From positions 33,604,001 to 33,668,000 of the forward strand of contig OZ024754.1 of NCBI GenBank assembly GCA_964016885.1: 64,000 bases of DNA, read 5' to 3'. The position numbers and the translations under genes are program-made. The notes under the pieces are model-generated. The model had not been told where the DNA came from, searched no databases, and saw only the letters and a program-made list of their open reading frames with translations. The stretch's first letter is position 1. Every line of letters begins with the position of its first letter. Of this stretch, positions 26,268 to 38,719 are shown piece after piece. Source of the stretch: Eledone cirrhosa (Eukaryota).

Positions 26268-26280
26268 AACCCGGAATAAC

Positions 26281-26348
<68 letters not shown>

Positions 26349-26431
26349 GGAGAGAGAGAGAGATAATGTGTATATATATAAGTGTGTGTGAATGTATGTA
26401 TATACGCATATATATATATTTATATAGATGA

Positions 26432-26480
26432 GATTCTACAGGACTAGAACTGTTTCATTCTTTAGAAATCATCAGGAATC
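26432..26480 (-). ncRNA. Type I hammerhead motif (family A), tandem copy 3
   Basis: Same motif as 26115-26163. Confidence 0.75.
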
Positions 26481-26493
26481 AACCCGGATTAAC

Positions 26494-26531
<38 letters not shown>

Positions 26532-26617
26532 GGAGAGAGAGAGAGAGATAATGTGTATATATATAAGTGTGTGTGAATGTATGTATATACGCATATATAT
26601 ATATTTATATATATATA

Positions 26618-26657
<40 letters not shown>

Positions 26658-26692
26658 GTATATATAATCAAGGCTGGAGTGATTCAACCATC

Positions 26693-26749
<57 letters not shown>

Positions 26750-27377
26750 TTTGAATGTGATGCAGGGGTGACTGCAATAAAGATTCCTAATTGTATTATA
26801 TCCATTACATCCATTACATATATTATCGACTTTGCTCTTTTCATCATCTTTCGTTTGTTATGAGAAGAAAGAAAATGCTGTTTGTGGTTTATAAATGACT
26901 GAGTTATTCACAGTTCAGATACATTCAATGAAGGTTACCGACCGATTTGAAATAACTCTACATATAACATGGACATTTATGATAATGAATGGTTTCAGAT
27001 TTAAGCACAAGTCGAGTAATTTGACTGATATCCTCATCATCATCATCACCATCACCGTTTAATGTCAATTTTTCCACACTAGCATGGGTTAGACGAGCTG
27101 TCCCATTGTGAGTGAAGTCGGGTCAAATGACCATGCCTTGCTCATACAGAATTGTTTTTGGACTGGTTTCTATGATAGGATGCCCTTCCTAAGGCCAACC
27201 ACATTTACAGTCTAGACTGGGGAGCCTTTTATCGTGGCACCGAAACAAACACCTTACAGGGTGGACTTGGCACTTTTTGTTGTGAGACCTATTCGATTAC
27301 TTTCAAATGCGGACAGGGGACTTTTTATCGTGTCACTAACACAACCACTTTATATCATCAGATCAAACCAAGGAAAT

Positions 27378-27973
27378 AATTGTTTCTACTTTAGGCACAA
27401 GGCCAGCAATTACCCAGTACATTACTGGTACTTTATTTTATCGACCCCGTAAGGATGAAAGGCAAAGTCAACCTCGGCGGGATTTTGAACTCGGATCGTA
27501 AAGGGACGTAACTATGCTGGAAAGCATGGAGTCCGACCCTCCACCGATACTGCCAATCCACCGCCCTAACATGGCGTCCGACCCTCCACCGATACTGCCA
27601 ATCCACCGCCCTAACATGGCGTCCAACCTCCACCGATACTGCCAATCCACCGCCCTAACATGGCGTCCGACCCTCCACCGATACTGCCAATCCACTGCCC
27701 TAACATGGCGCCCGACCCTCCACCGATACTGCCAATCCACCGCCCTAACATGGCGTCCGACCCTCCACCGATACTGCCAATCCACCGCCCTAACATGGCG
27801 TCCGACCCTCCACCGATACTGCCAATCCACCGCCCTAACATGGCGTCCGACCCTCCACCGATACTGCCAATCCACCGCCCTAACATGGCATCCGACCCTC
27901 CACCGATACTGCCAATCCACCGCCCTAACATGGCGTCCGACCCTCCACCGATACTGCCAATCCACCGCCCTAA
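27378..27973 (-). mobile_element. SINE S1 with ~10 tandem copies of its 45-bp head
   Basis: catggcgtccgaccctccaccgatactgccaatccaccgccctaa x10 (27525-27973). TSD aaggaaataat at 27370-27380 and 27972-27982. Confidence 0.9.
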
Positions 27974-28486
27974 GGAAATAATATTTCCATTAGTCTTTCT
28001 ATTGCTACTGACCTTGTACATACATTCTCACACACTACTGAGTGCCTTTTGTCATGGCATCAGCACCAGGGAGGTTGTAATGTCTCTGACACAGCACAAC
28101 AGTCCTCCTGGCTCTTCGTTTGGCAGCTTTTTCTATGGTTGGATGTTCCTCCTCTCATCAATCACTTTAATGAGTGTACTGGGTGTGTAGATCTAGGGAG
28201 GTTATGATGTCTGCATTGTTTTGTAAGAGGTGACTAAATGGGTTGGCACCAGAAAGAGTATCTGGCTGGCTGTAAAATATTGCTTCGGAAAAAATCCCAT
28301 CTAGCCCATGCCAACATGAAAAACGGATGTAAAATGTTGCTGTTGCTGATGATGATGATGATGATGATGATCGTCGTCGTCATCTACTACTACTACTACT
28401 ACTATTACTACTATTACTACTACTACTACTACTACTATTACTACTACTACTACCACTACTACTATTACTACTACTATTACTACTAT

Positions 28487-28520
<34 letters not shown>

Positions 28521-28542
28521 GCTCATTTTATCCAGTATTATT

Positions 28543-31356
28543 GGATTGGCAGTATCGGTCGAGGGCCGGACTCCATGCTTTGACGCATAGAGTTACGGCC
28601 CTTGCCATTCTGAGTTCAAATCCCGCTGAGTTCAAATCCCGCCGAGCAAGACAATGACAATTGTGCACTACAGAGAGATAGTATATAATAAACAATTGAT
28701 ACTTTAACCGTTTAACATTAATTCGGTTGACTTTGCCTTTCATCCTTACGGGGTCGATAAAATAAAGTACCAGTAATGCACTGGGTAACTGCTGGCCTTG
28801 TGCCAAACCTAGAAACAATTATTTGATGTTCTATGTATAAAATTGTCTACATTATATTATATTCAAACATCCATAACATGTTTATCATAAAAACATCACA
28901 ATAGGCACCATATCATACTTGAGATACATTATACAGTAGAAGAGAACAGAAAAAATATCAAATAAATTGTAGATTAAAGAGAAAAACGAAAAATGAAAAA
29001 AATATACATTTTAAATCTATTATATACCTGTTTATATTTCAAATTTAGAGGATATATGTTTGAAAAATATTATTACATATTATTACATACATAATGGAAG
29101 GCGGTGGATTAGCAGTATCGGTAGAGAGTCGGATGCCATGCTTTATAGCAAAGAGTAAAGGCCCTTTATGGTCTGAGTTCAAATCCCGCCGAGGTTAACT
29201 TTGCCTTTCATCCTTACGGGGTCGATAAAATAAAGTACCAGTAATGCACTGGGTAATTGGTGGCCTTGTGTCAAAAGTAGAAACAATTATTACATACATA
29301 ATGGAGGCACATGGCTTAGTAGTTAGAGCATTGGCCTTGCAATCGAAAGGTTGTGAGTTCAATTCTCAGACCAGGGGATTTGTTGTTTCCTTGAGCAAGT
29401 CACTTTATTTCACATTGCTCCAGTTTACTCAGCTGTAGAAATGAGATGATAGGGACTGGGGTCTATCATTCCACTGTAAAGTGGTCGTGGAGGTGTAATG
29501 GCAAAAAAGCACCCAGCACTCACTGTGAATGAGGTTGGTGTTAGGAAGGGCATCCAGCTGTAGAAATCAAGCCAGAATCAGTTCCCGTCCCACCCTTGCA
29601 AGCAGGGAAAAAGCGGACGTAAAATGATGATGATGATGATGAGATAATGGCGGTGGATTGGCAGTATCGGTAGAGGGTCGGATGCAGCAAAGAGTTATGG
29701 CCCTATATGGTCTGAGTTCAAATCCTGCCGAGGTTAACTTTGCCTTTCATCCTTACAGGGTCGATAAAATAAAGCACCAGTAATAAACTGGGATAATTGC
29801 TGGCCTTGTGCCAAAAATAGAAACAATTATTACATACATTGGGTTAATAATCACAGTAACAAGGGTTAATAATGGTTTCTTATATAGGCACAAGGTCAGC
29901 AATTTTGGGGGAGGGGAAATTAGATTAAATCGGCCCCAGAGTATGACTGGTGCTTTATTTTATCAACCCCGTAAGGAGGAAAGGCAAAGTTAACCTTGGC
30001 AGGACTTGAACTCAGACTGTAAAGGGGTGCAACTCAATGCTGTAAAGCATGATGTCGGAAGCTCTCCTAATACTACCAATAATAATGATTTCTAGTATAG
30101 GCACAAGGCCAGCAATTTGGGGGGAGGGGAAAGTCGATTAAATCGATCCCCAGTACATTACTGGTACTTTATTTTATCAAGCCTGTAAGGGTAAGGATGA
30201 AAGGCAAAGTTACCCTCGGCGGGATTTGAGCTCAGACCATAAATCGGTGTAACTCTATGCTGCAAAGCATGGCATCCAACCCTTTACCAATACTGCCACT
30301 CCCCTGCCCTAGAAAGGGTTAATAATCACAGTAGAAATCATTATTACATACATTGGTAGATTGGCAGTATTGGTAGAGCGTCAGACACCATGCTTTGTAG
30401 CATAGAGTTACGGCCCTTTACGTTCTGAGTTCAAATCCTCCTGAGATTAGCTTTGCATTTCATCCTTACAGGGTTGATAAAATAAAGTAGCAGTCATGCA
30501 CTGGGATCGACTTTCTCCTCTCCCACCCACAAAAATTGCTGGCCTTGTGCCTAAACCAGAAACCATTATTACATACGTTTGATTTCACAAAACTTTATTA
30601 CTGTGAATATTTTCCCCAAAATGTTAAAAATTCCTTTAAGCTAAAGGTTGTCTGCCCACTCTGGTTGGATCATTAACCTATTCATTACCATATTTCTAAT
30701 GAACTACATAGTATTTAAATTAATTAATTAATTAATTAATTAAGAATTTTGGAAGATTTACTAAAATAATTTCTTATTTCATTTTTCTAAGATAGTAAAT
30801 TAACATATGGCTCTTATATAAAATGATGTTGGAAGATTTTAATTTAAATTAAAAATATTTCATAGAACTAAAACCAGACATATTGGGGTTCATAGTAAAA
30901 GGTGTTGAATTGGCAGAGTTGATACAGCATTAGGCACTCATGCTTTGCATTATATGCTATTAATTGTTTCTACTTTTGGCACAAGGCCAGCAATACCCAG
31001 TACATTACTGGTACTTTATTTTATCGACCCCGTAAGGATGAAAGGCAAAGTTAACCTCGGTGGGATTTGAACTCAGAATGGCAAGGGCCGTAACTCTATC
31101 CGTCAAAGCATGCCGTCCGACCCTCTACCGATACTGCCAATCCACCGCCCCTATGGCTATTAATGGCAGTGGATTGGCTGTATCAGTAGAGGGTTGGTTG
31201 CCATGCTTTGCAGCATCGAATTACAACCCTTTACAGTCTGAGTTCAAATCCTGCCGCGGTTAACTTTGCCTTTCATCCTTACAGGGTCGATAAAATAAAG
31301 TACCAGTAATGCACTGGGTTAATTGCTGGCCTTGTGCCAAAAATAGAAACAATTAT
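28543..31356. mobile_element. SINE cluster: ~8 S1 copies in both orientations plus one S2 (29302-29640)
   Basis: Repeated S1 central domain, with repeated attattacatac junctions. Confidence 0.9.
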
Positions 31357-31439
31357 TTGCTATTAATTATTGATCAATTTTCATAAAACATGTTTTATTT
31401 TGAATAGTATAATGGTAGCAGTACAGTACAGTGTTAACA

Positions 31440-31845
31440 CTCTACTACATAGGCACCGGTGTTGTCCACCAGTGTTTGTAATCGTCTGGATATATCCCTG
31501 ATTAACTTCATCAGGAACTCAGGTGGTATGTTGGTCATTACATGATAATTGCATTCCTCCAATTGAGTCAGAGTCAGAGTTTTGAACTATAAACTTCTTT
31601 CACTCAAACCCACAGGGGAAAATCACATGGTATTAAGTGAGGGCTTCTTGCTGGCCATTCATGTGGACCACAATGACCCAGCCAATGCACTGGAAATTAG
31701 ACATCAAGTCACCCATGGACTGTGCATACAAAATGAGGAGAGGCCACCCTTGAATGAATCTGAGGTCATTGATATTGTCACAAGTGGTCACAGAAGGCCA
31801 AACATTTCCTTGCAGCATGGAGATGGAGTTTCTTTCCACTTCCTC
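31440..31845 (-). pseudogene. Degenerate Tc1/mariner transposase C-terminus
   Basis: Minus strand reads FPVHWLGHCGPHEWPARSPHLIPCDFPLW..VKEVYSSK...RRLQTLVDNTGAYV, matching the WPxRSPDLxPxDF motif, with frameshifts. Confidence 0.75.
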
Positions 31846-32190
31846 TGTATATGTGTGAGCATTTGTATATGTGTGCATGTATGTGTGTGTTTATGTGTGT
31901 GTGTAGGTTGTTCATTAATTTTTTTTATTACTAGAGGTGACCCCAATATGAGTACTCGATGCTTTACTTGATTTGATTTGAGTCCACATGTCAGATGAGC
32001 AGATCGTTACTGTAGTCCAATAAAGACCTAGCGCCAATCATCTGTGAAACATATGTAACGTCTGATATGCAATAAAAATATTTTAGAGTGAAACTGCATT
32101 ATCTTATACATTATATATATGTATGTACATATGTATACATGTATGTACATATATATGTATGTATGAATTGTGCATGCATGTATATATATA

Positions 32191-32227
<37 letters not shown>

Positions 32228-33155
32228 CATGTATATATATATGTATGCGGCATGCATGCAAGTTGTATGTATGCATGTATGTATATGTGTATGTACGTAT
32301 GTATGTGTATGTATGTTCATATATATGCATGTCTATGTATGTTTATATGTATGAATGTATGTGTACATATGAATGTATGTGTACATATGTATGTACACAT
32401 ACATTCATATATCCAAAATAGAATGTATGAGCAAGACAAGGTTCTGTGAATATGTCTAGTTTCAGGACATAACGACCTGTTTAACCTATGCCAGCATGGA
32501 AAACGGTCATAAAATGATGGTGATGACGATATATACTGTTCTTAGATGTTCTGTGACCAACATCGTCTGCATTATATTATATTCTAACATTAGTAACATC
32601 TTTGTCATAAAAATATCGTTACAACCACCATATATCTTTTGTGAAGTGAAAAACCGCACGGAGTAAAACTAGAATAGCAGATTAAAGAGAAATATAAAAT
32701 AGAAATGAGGAATAAAATATACATTTTAAATCTATTATATGTTTGTTTATATTTCACAACTAGAAATATATATGTCTGAAAGATATTATTATATACATTT
32801 GATTCAACAAAACTTTAGTTACTGTGGATATTTTCCACCCAAAATATGAAAAATTCTTTTTTAAAAAAAAATATATAGAAAATCAGCTTCTAGAATATTC
32901 ATTGAAATTCCATTGGAAAGATTGTTTAGAAAATATGTTTTAACTTTGGCTTCTCTGTCTAATTTTATGGTGTGAATAAAAATCACATTTATATTGAAGA
33001 GAAAGAAAAACAGAGAGAAAAAAAGTTAGGAAGTCAATGCAATGTTTCTGCCAGAGAAGAAAATACAGAATGTGTTTTATAATGTATACTGTTAGATCCA
33101 GGTCTCTTGTCCTCTTCTATAACTAGTCTTTATATCCATTACTGATATATATATA

Positions 33156-33343
33156 CGAAGGTCGGTTGAAAGGTTCATAGGCTGACTATGAAGGAGTGAT
33201 GCACTAGCTGTGAAATCTTGTATGCATTAATTTCAACTCTTCTTATTAATAACTGAATCGCTACTTTCCAGAGGCTATGTTGAAAAATAAACCTTATTTG
33301 ATCATACCATAGGTCAGCCTACGAACTTTTCAGCTGACCCTCG
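33156..33343. mobile_element. Mariner-type MITE
   Basis: TA|CGAAGGTCGGTTGAAAGGTTCATAGGCTGAC ... GTCAGCCTACGAACTTTTCAGCTGACCCTCG|TA. Confidence 0.85.
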
Positions 33344-33384
33344 TATGTGCATGTGTGTGAGTGTGTATATGTGTATATATATAT

Positions 33385-33917
33385 ATGATGATGTGGTTGA
33401 GAGGAAGAGCAAAGCCTGGGCGGCGTGCCACAGCTTGAGATCGGTGTGGAAGTCGGACCTTCATAAAGACCTGAAAATCCGCCTCTTCATTGCTGTAGTG
33501 GAGTCTGTGCTGCTGTATGGGTCTGAGACTTGGACACTGACCAAGAAACTCACTCAGATGGTGGATGGGTGCTACACGAGAATGCTGAGGGTGGCTCTGA
33601 ACATTAATCAGTATACACTGAGGATGAAAAACTCAGAGCTGTATGGCAGCATCCCAAAAGTCAGCTCAAAAGTGACACAGAGGAGACTGAGGTTAGCAGG
33701 ACATGCTCACCGACATCCAGAGTTGACATTGCACTCAGTGCTCCTGTGGGAGCCCCTACATGGACACACTAGAAGAGGAAGACCAAGGTTAATGTATGTT
33801 GATGCCCTGAGGACAGACACTGGTCTGTTGGAGACGCAGGACATGGCAGCGATAATGAGGGACAGAGACCGCTGGAGAGAACTCGTCCATGGATCTCGGG
33901 AATTTTACCCGCCTTAG
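33385..33917 (+). mobile_element. 5'-truncated RTE-clade LINE, uninterrupted RT C-terminal frame
   Basis: RKSKAWAACHSLRSVWKSDL..VESVLLYGSETWTLT..RRLRLAGHAHRHPE..RRGRPRLMYVDAL. Confidence 0.92.
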
Positions 33918-33961
33918 ATTGATATATATATATATGTGTGTGTATATATATATATATATCT

Positions 33962-34245
33962 AAAGTCTAAAGTCTGTCTTAAACTAGAAGGCCTATTTGG
34001 CTGGTGCTTATCCCGGTTTCATGGCGTGAAGCGACTGGGAGTACAAGACATCTCCCTGGACAAGATGCCAGTCCATCGCAGGGTTTATTCCCCCCAGCTA
34101 CTGCTGGTGCTCATTTTCAGCTGAGTATAGTGGAGCAATGTGAAATGAAGTGTTTTGCTCAAGAACACAACAAACAGCCCAGAAATCAAACCCACAATAT
34201 CATGATCGTAAATCCAACACCCTTACCACTAGGCCACATGCCTCC
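33962..34245 (-). mobile_element. SINE S3
   Basis: Paralog of 463-750. Confidence 0.85.
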
Positions 34246-34257
34246 ATATATATATAC

Positions 34258-34660
34258 AATGATATTAAATAAATGGAAACTATATTTATAAAACCATATT
34301 TATTCTATTATATATATCTCAAGGGTATTTCAAGGGTACCAAAACTTTGGTACGCTCTCATCAGTTAAAATACAAAGTTTGTTTTATAAATATTGACATA
34401 ACCAGGAAAGAATAACTTAACAGTTCAAGTTTTTCCTGACTATCCAGGAAAAACTTGAACTATTAAGTTATTCTTTCCTGGTTATGTCAATATTTATAAA
34501 ACAAACTTTGTATTTTATCTGATGAGAGCGTACCAAAGTTTTGGTACCCTTGAAATATATATAATAGAATAAATATGGTTTTATAAATATGGTTTAATAT
34601 CATTGAATATTATACTCCAGAAAACCTGTTGAGTGCTTTGAATCAGTTATAAACATTTAT
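34258..34660. mobile_element. Penelope/retrozyme-like foldback, family D (~170-bp arms centred near 34441)
   Basis: ...aagtttttcctg-actatc-caggaaaaactt...; a hammerhead motif lies on each arm. Confidence 0.75.
34513..34569 (+). ncRNA. Type I hammerhead motif (family D)
   Basis: TTTTAT CTGATGA GAGCGTACCAA-AGTT-TTGGTACCCTT GAAAT ATAT ATA ATAGAA. Confidence 0.75.
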
Positions 34661-34776
34661 ATTTGTTGAATTACCAACAAATTGAATATCCCTTTTGCTT
34701 ATATATATACACATATATATAAATATTCATATATATATATATATATATACCCTTGCAAGCAGGGAAAAGCGGATGT

Positions 34777-34861
<85 letters not shown>

Positions 34862-34864
<3 letters not shown>

Positions 34865-35178
34865 AGGCACATGGCTTAGTGGTTAGAGCATTGGGCTTGC
34901 AATCGAAAGGTTGTGATGTGTTGTTTCCTTGAGCAAGACACTTTATTTCACATTGCTCCAGTTTACTCAGCTGTAGAAATGAGATGATAGGGGCTGGGGT
35001 CCCTATCATTCCACTGCAAAGTGGTCGTGGAGGTGCCACGGCAAAAAAGCACCCAGCACTCACTGTAAATGAGGTTGGTGTTAGGAAGGGCATCCAGCTG
35101 TAGAAATCAAGCCAGCATCAGTTCCCGTCCCACCCTTGCAAGCAGGGAAAAAGCGGACGTAAAATGAAATGATGATGA
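34862..35178 (+). mobile_element. SINE S2 with B-box region deleted
   Basis: Matches 5902-6240. Confidence 0.88.
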
Positions 35179-35436
35179 TATATATATACACATATATAAA
35201 TATATACACACACATATATATATATATATATAAGTATGTATACGTACATACATATATCTATACAGATGTACAGTAGTATGCATATACATACATACATGCA
35301 CACATATATAAATGTACGTATGGGTTTACCGAACATTTATTATAATGTTCGGTTTGTTTGTAAACAAACAGCCCGAATTAAGCCGTACAGTGTTCGGCAA
35401 CCATCGTTGCCCTTTTGTTCAACACTGACAAAGGAA

Positions 35437-35477
35437 CGATGAACTAGTTTCTAGCTTATTAGCTGTCATCAGCACCG
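35437..35477 (-). ncRNA. Minimal hammerhead motif (family G) within a 255-nt direct-repeat unit at 35318-35617
   Basis: CGGTG CTGATGA C-AGCT-AATA-AGCT-A GAAAC TA GTT CATCG. Confidence 0.65.
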
Positions 35478-35619
35478 TATACCTTCCTGTCAGTCAATTG
35501 AACGTTTGAAAGTATATACTTTCCTTATGCATATTAACGGCTGAGCAGCCTAATTTGCATATATATATGTATGTATGGGTTTACCAAACATTTATTATAA
35601 TGTTCGGTTTGTTTGTAGA

Positions 35620-36290
35620 AGTCGCATTGATAGACACATTTTTCAAATGCAGGCGGGTGCTATAGAAGTGGTGGATAGCTTCCGGTACCTAGGAGATCAG
35701 ATTAGCACGGGGGGGGGGGGGGTTCCGAGGCCATAGTATCTAGAATAAGGACGGGTTGGAAGAAGTTTAGGGAGCTGCTTCCTCTGCTGACGAAGAAGGG
35801 TTTCTCCCTGCATACAAAAGGCTGGTTATATGATGCCTGTGTGAGGAGCGCGATGCTGCATAGTAGTGAGACATGGGCAGCAACTGCAGAGGATATGCAA
35901 CAGCTGGAGAGAAATGAGTCAAGTATGCTCCATTGGATGTGCAGTGTCAATGTGTGTGAACAACCCAGCATGAATGTGTTGAGAGAGAAACTGTGTCTGA
36001 GAGGGATAGAATGTAGTGTGCAAGAGAGGAGACTGAGGTGGTATGGACATGTGATGCGCATGGAGGATGACCGATGGGTGAAGAAGTGCCAGGAAATGCC
36101 AGTTGAAGGAAGACGTGGTAGAGGTAGACCACGAAAAACATGGGCGGAGGTGGTAAGAACAGACCTCAGATCCTTGAAGCTCAGGGTGGAGATGACGAAG
36201 GGCCGTGACAAGTGGAGAGATGCTGTGCTGAATAAGACCCGGCCCACCCTTGCAAGCAGGGAAAAGCGGACGTAAAATGATGATGATGAT
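35620..36290 (+). mobile_element. RTE-clade LINE 3' fragment (tail partner of SINE S2)
   Basis: SFRYLGDQI..RIRTGWKKFRELLPLL..SETWA..RRLRWYGHVMRMED..GRRGRGRPRKTW, ending cccacccttgcaagcagggaaaagcggacgtaaaa(tga)n. Confidence 0.93.
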
Positions 36291-36292
36291 AC

Positions 36293-36325
<33 letters not shown>

Positions 36326-36343
36326 ATGTATATATATATATAC

Positions 36344-36407
<64 letters not shown>

Positions 36408-36744
36408 CATAAATGATGTCATAACACACTTTAATGAAACTAGAAACAAATACCACACAGCACTATATTGTTGCACTTGGTTTTGTTTAACCCCAGGTCA
36501 GCCATGATCAAACAAACCTATCATCAAAGGCATGCTAACCATGACCATCCTATCCTGTCCTTTTCTGAAGTGAACCTAGGAACACATTATTCAATGGTAG
36601 GGTGGGATTTGAAGGCCATTTGGCTGCTATTTCTAACAGTTCAAACGACCACCTCTAAAAGCTTACTAGAGCAGTGTTGGAGAGAGAAGAGAAGGAGGAA
36701 AAGGTAATCTATAGTAAATAGATTTAAAGAGGTGTTATTATTAA

Positions 36745-38670
36745 CACCTCCACCACTACCACCACTACCATCACCATCACCACTACTATCACCACCACCA
36801 CTACTATCACCACCACCACTACCATCACCACCACCACTACTTTCACCACCACCACTACTATCACCACCACCACTACTATCACCACCACCACTACTATCAC
36901 CACCACCACTACTATCACCACCACCACTATTATCTCTACCACCACTACTATCACCACCACCACTATTATCTCTACCACCACTACCATCACCATTACTTTC
37001 ACCACCACCACTAGCACTTTCACCACCACCACTACTATCACCACCACCACTACTTTCACCACCACCACTAGCACTACTATCACCACCACCACTACTATCA
37101 CCACCACCACTACTATCACCACCACCACTACTATCACCACCACCACTACTATCACCACCACCACTATTATCTCTACCACCACTACTATCACCACCACCAC
37201 TATTATCTCTACCACCACTACCATCACCATTACTTTCACCACCACCACTAGCACTTTCACCACCACCACTACTATCACCACCACCACTACTTTCACCACC
37301 ACCACTAGCACTACTATCACCACCACCACTATTATCACTACCACCACTACTATCACCACCACCACTACTATAACTACAACCACTAGCACAACTACCACCG
37401 ATACCACTACTATCACCACCACCACTACTATCACCCCCCTCCCACACACACACTACTATCACCCACCCCCACACACCCCCACACACCCCCACACACACCC
37501 ACACACACACACTACTATTACTAACAAAAAAATTAAATTACTACTAAAATCCTCACCACCACCACCATCACTACCATCAACATCACAACTACCATCAACA
37601 CCACCACTACCATCAACACCGCCACCACCACTACCATCAACACCGTCACCACCACCATCACCACCACCACTACCACCACTACCATCACCACCACCACCAC
37701 CACCACCATCACTATCACCACCACCACCACCACCACCACTACCATCACCACCACCACCACCACTGATGAGGTGATGACAATGTCGATGACAAATTGTTCC
37801 TACATACATGCATTCACACATACATACATACACATACTTACATTCACACATGCATACACACATACATACATACATACACATTCTTACATGCATACACACA
37901 CACATACATACATACATACACATACTTACATTCACACATGCATACACACATACATACATACACATTCTTACATTCACACATGCATACACACACACATACA
38001 TACATACATACATACATACATACACATTCTTACATTCACACATGCATACACACACACATACATACATACATACACATTCTTACATTCACACATGCATACA
38101 CACATACATACATACATACATACATACATACACATTCTTACATTCACACATGCATACACACATACATACATACATACATACATACATACATACATACACA
38201 TTCTTACATTCACACATACATACATATACACATATATACATACATACATACTCATACATATGCACACACATATATTTATAAATACATACATAAATACATA
38301 TACATACATACATACACATACATACACATACACATACATACATACATACATACACACATACACATATTCATACATGCATACATGCACACATACATACATG
38401 CACACATACACACATACACATATATACATACATACACACACATATACACACACGTATTCATTCATGCATACATACATATACATATATTCATTCATACATA
38501 CACATACATATGCATATACATACACACATACACACATACATACACACACACACATACATATATATATTTATACATGCATACATACACACATACATGCATA
38601 CACACATACATACACACACACATATATATATTCATACATACACACATACAAACATACATACATAGATAGA

Positions 38671-38719
<49 letters not shown>

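Noticed and set aside
27525-27973. CRISPR-like or telomeric array (TTAGGG once per unit)
   Set aside because: There are no spacers, the unit is a SINE head, and TTAGGG is a junction coincidence rather than tandem hexamers.
33345-33917. 190-aa host gene
   Set aside because: 5'-truncated RTE RT C-terminus; the apparent start comes from flanking microsatellite.
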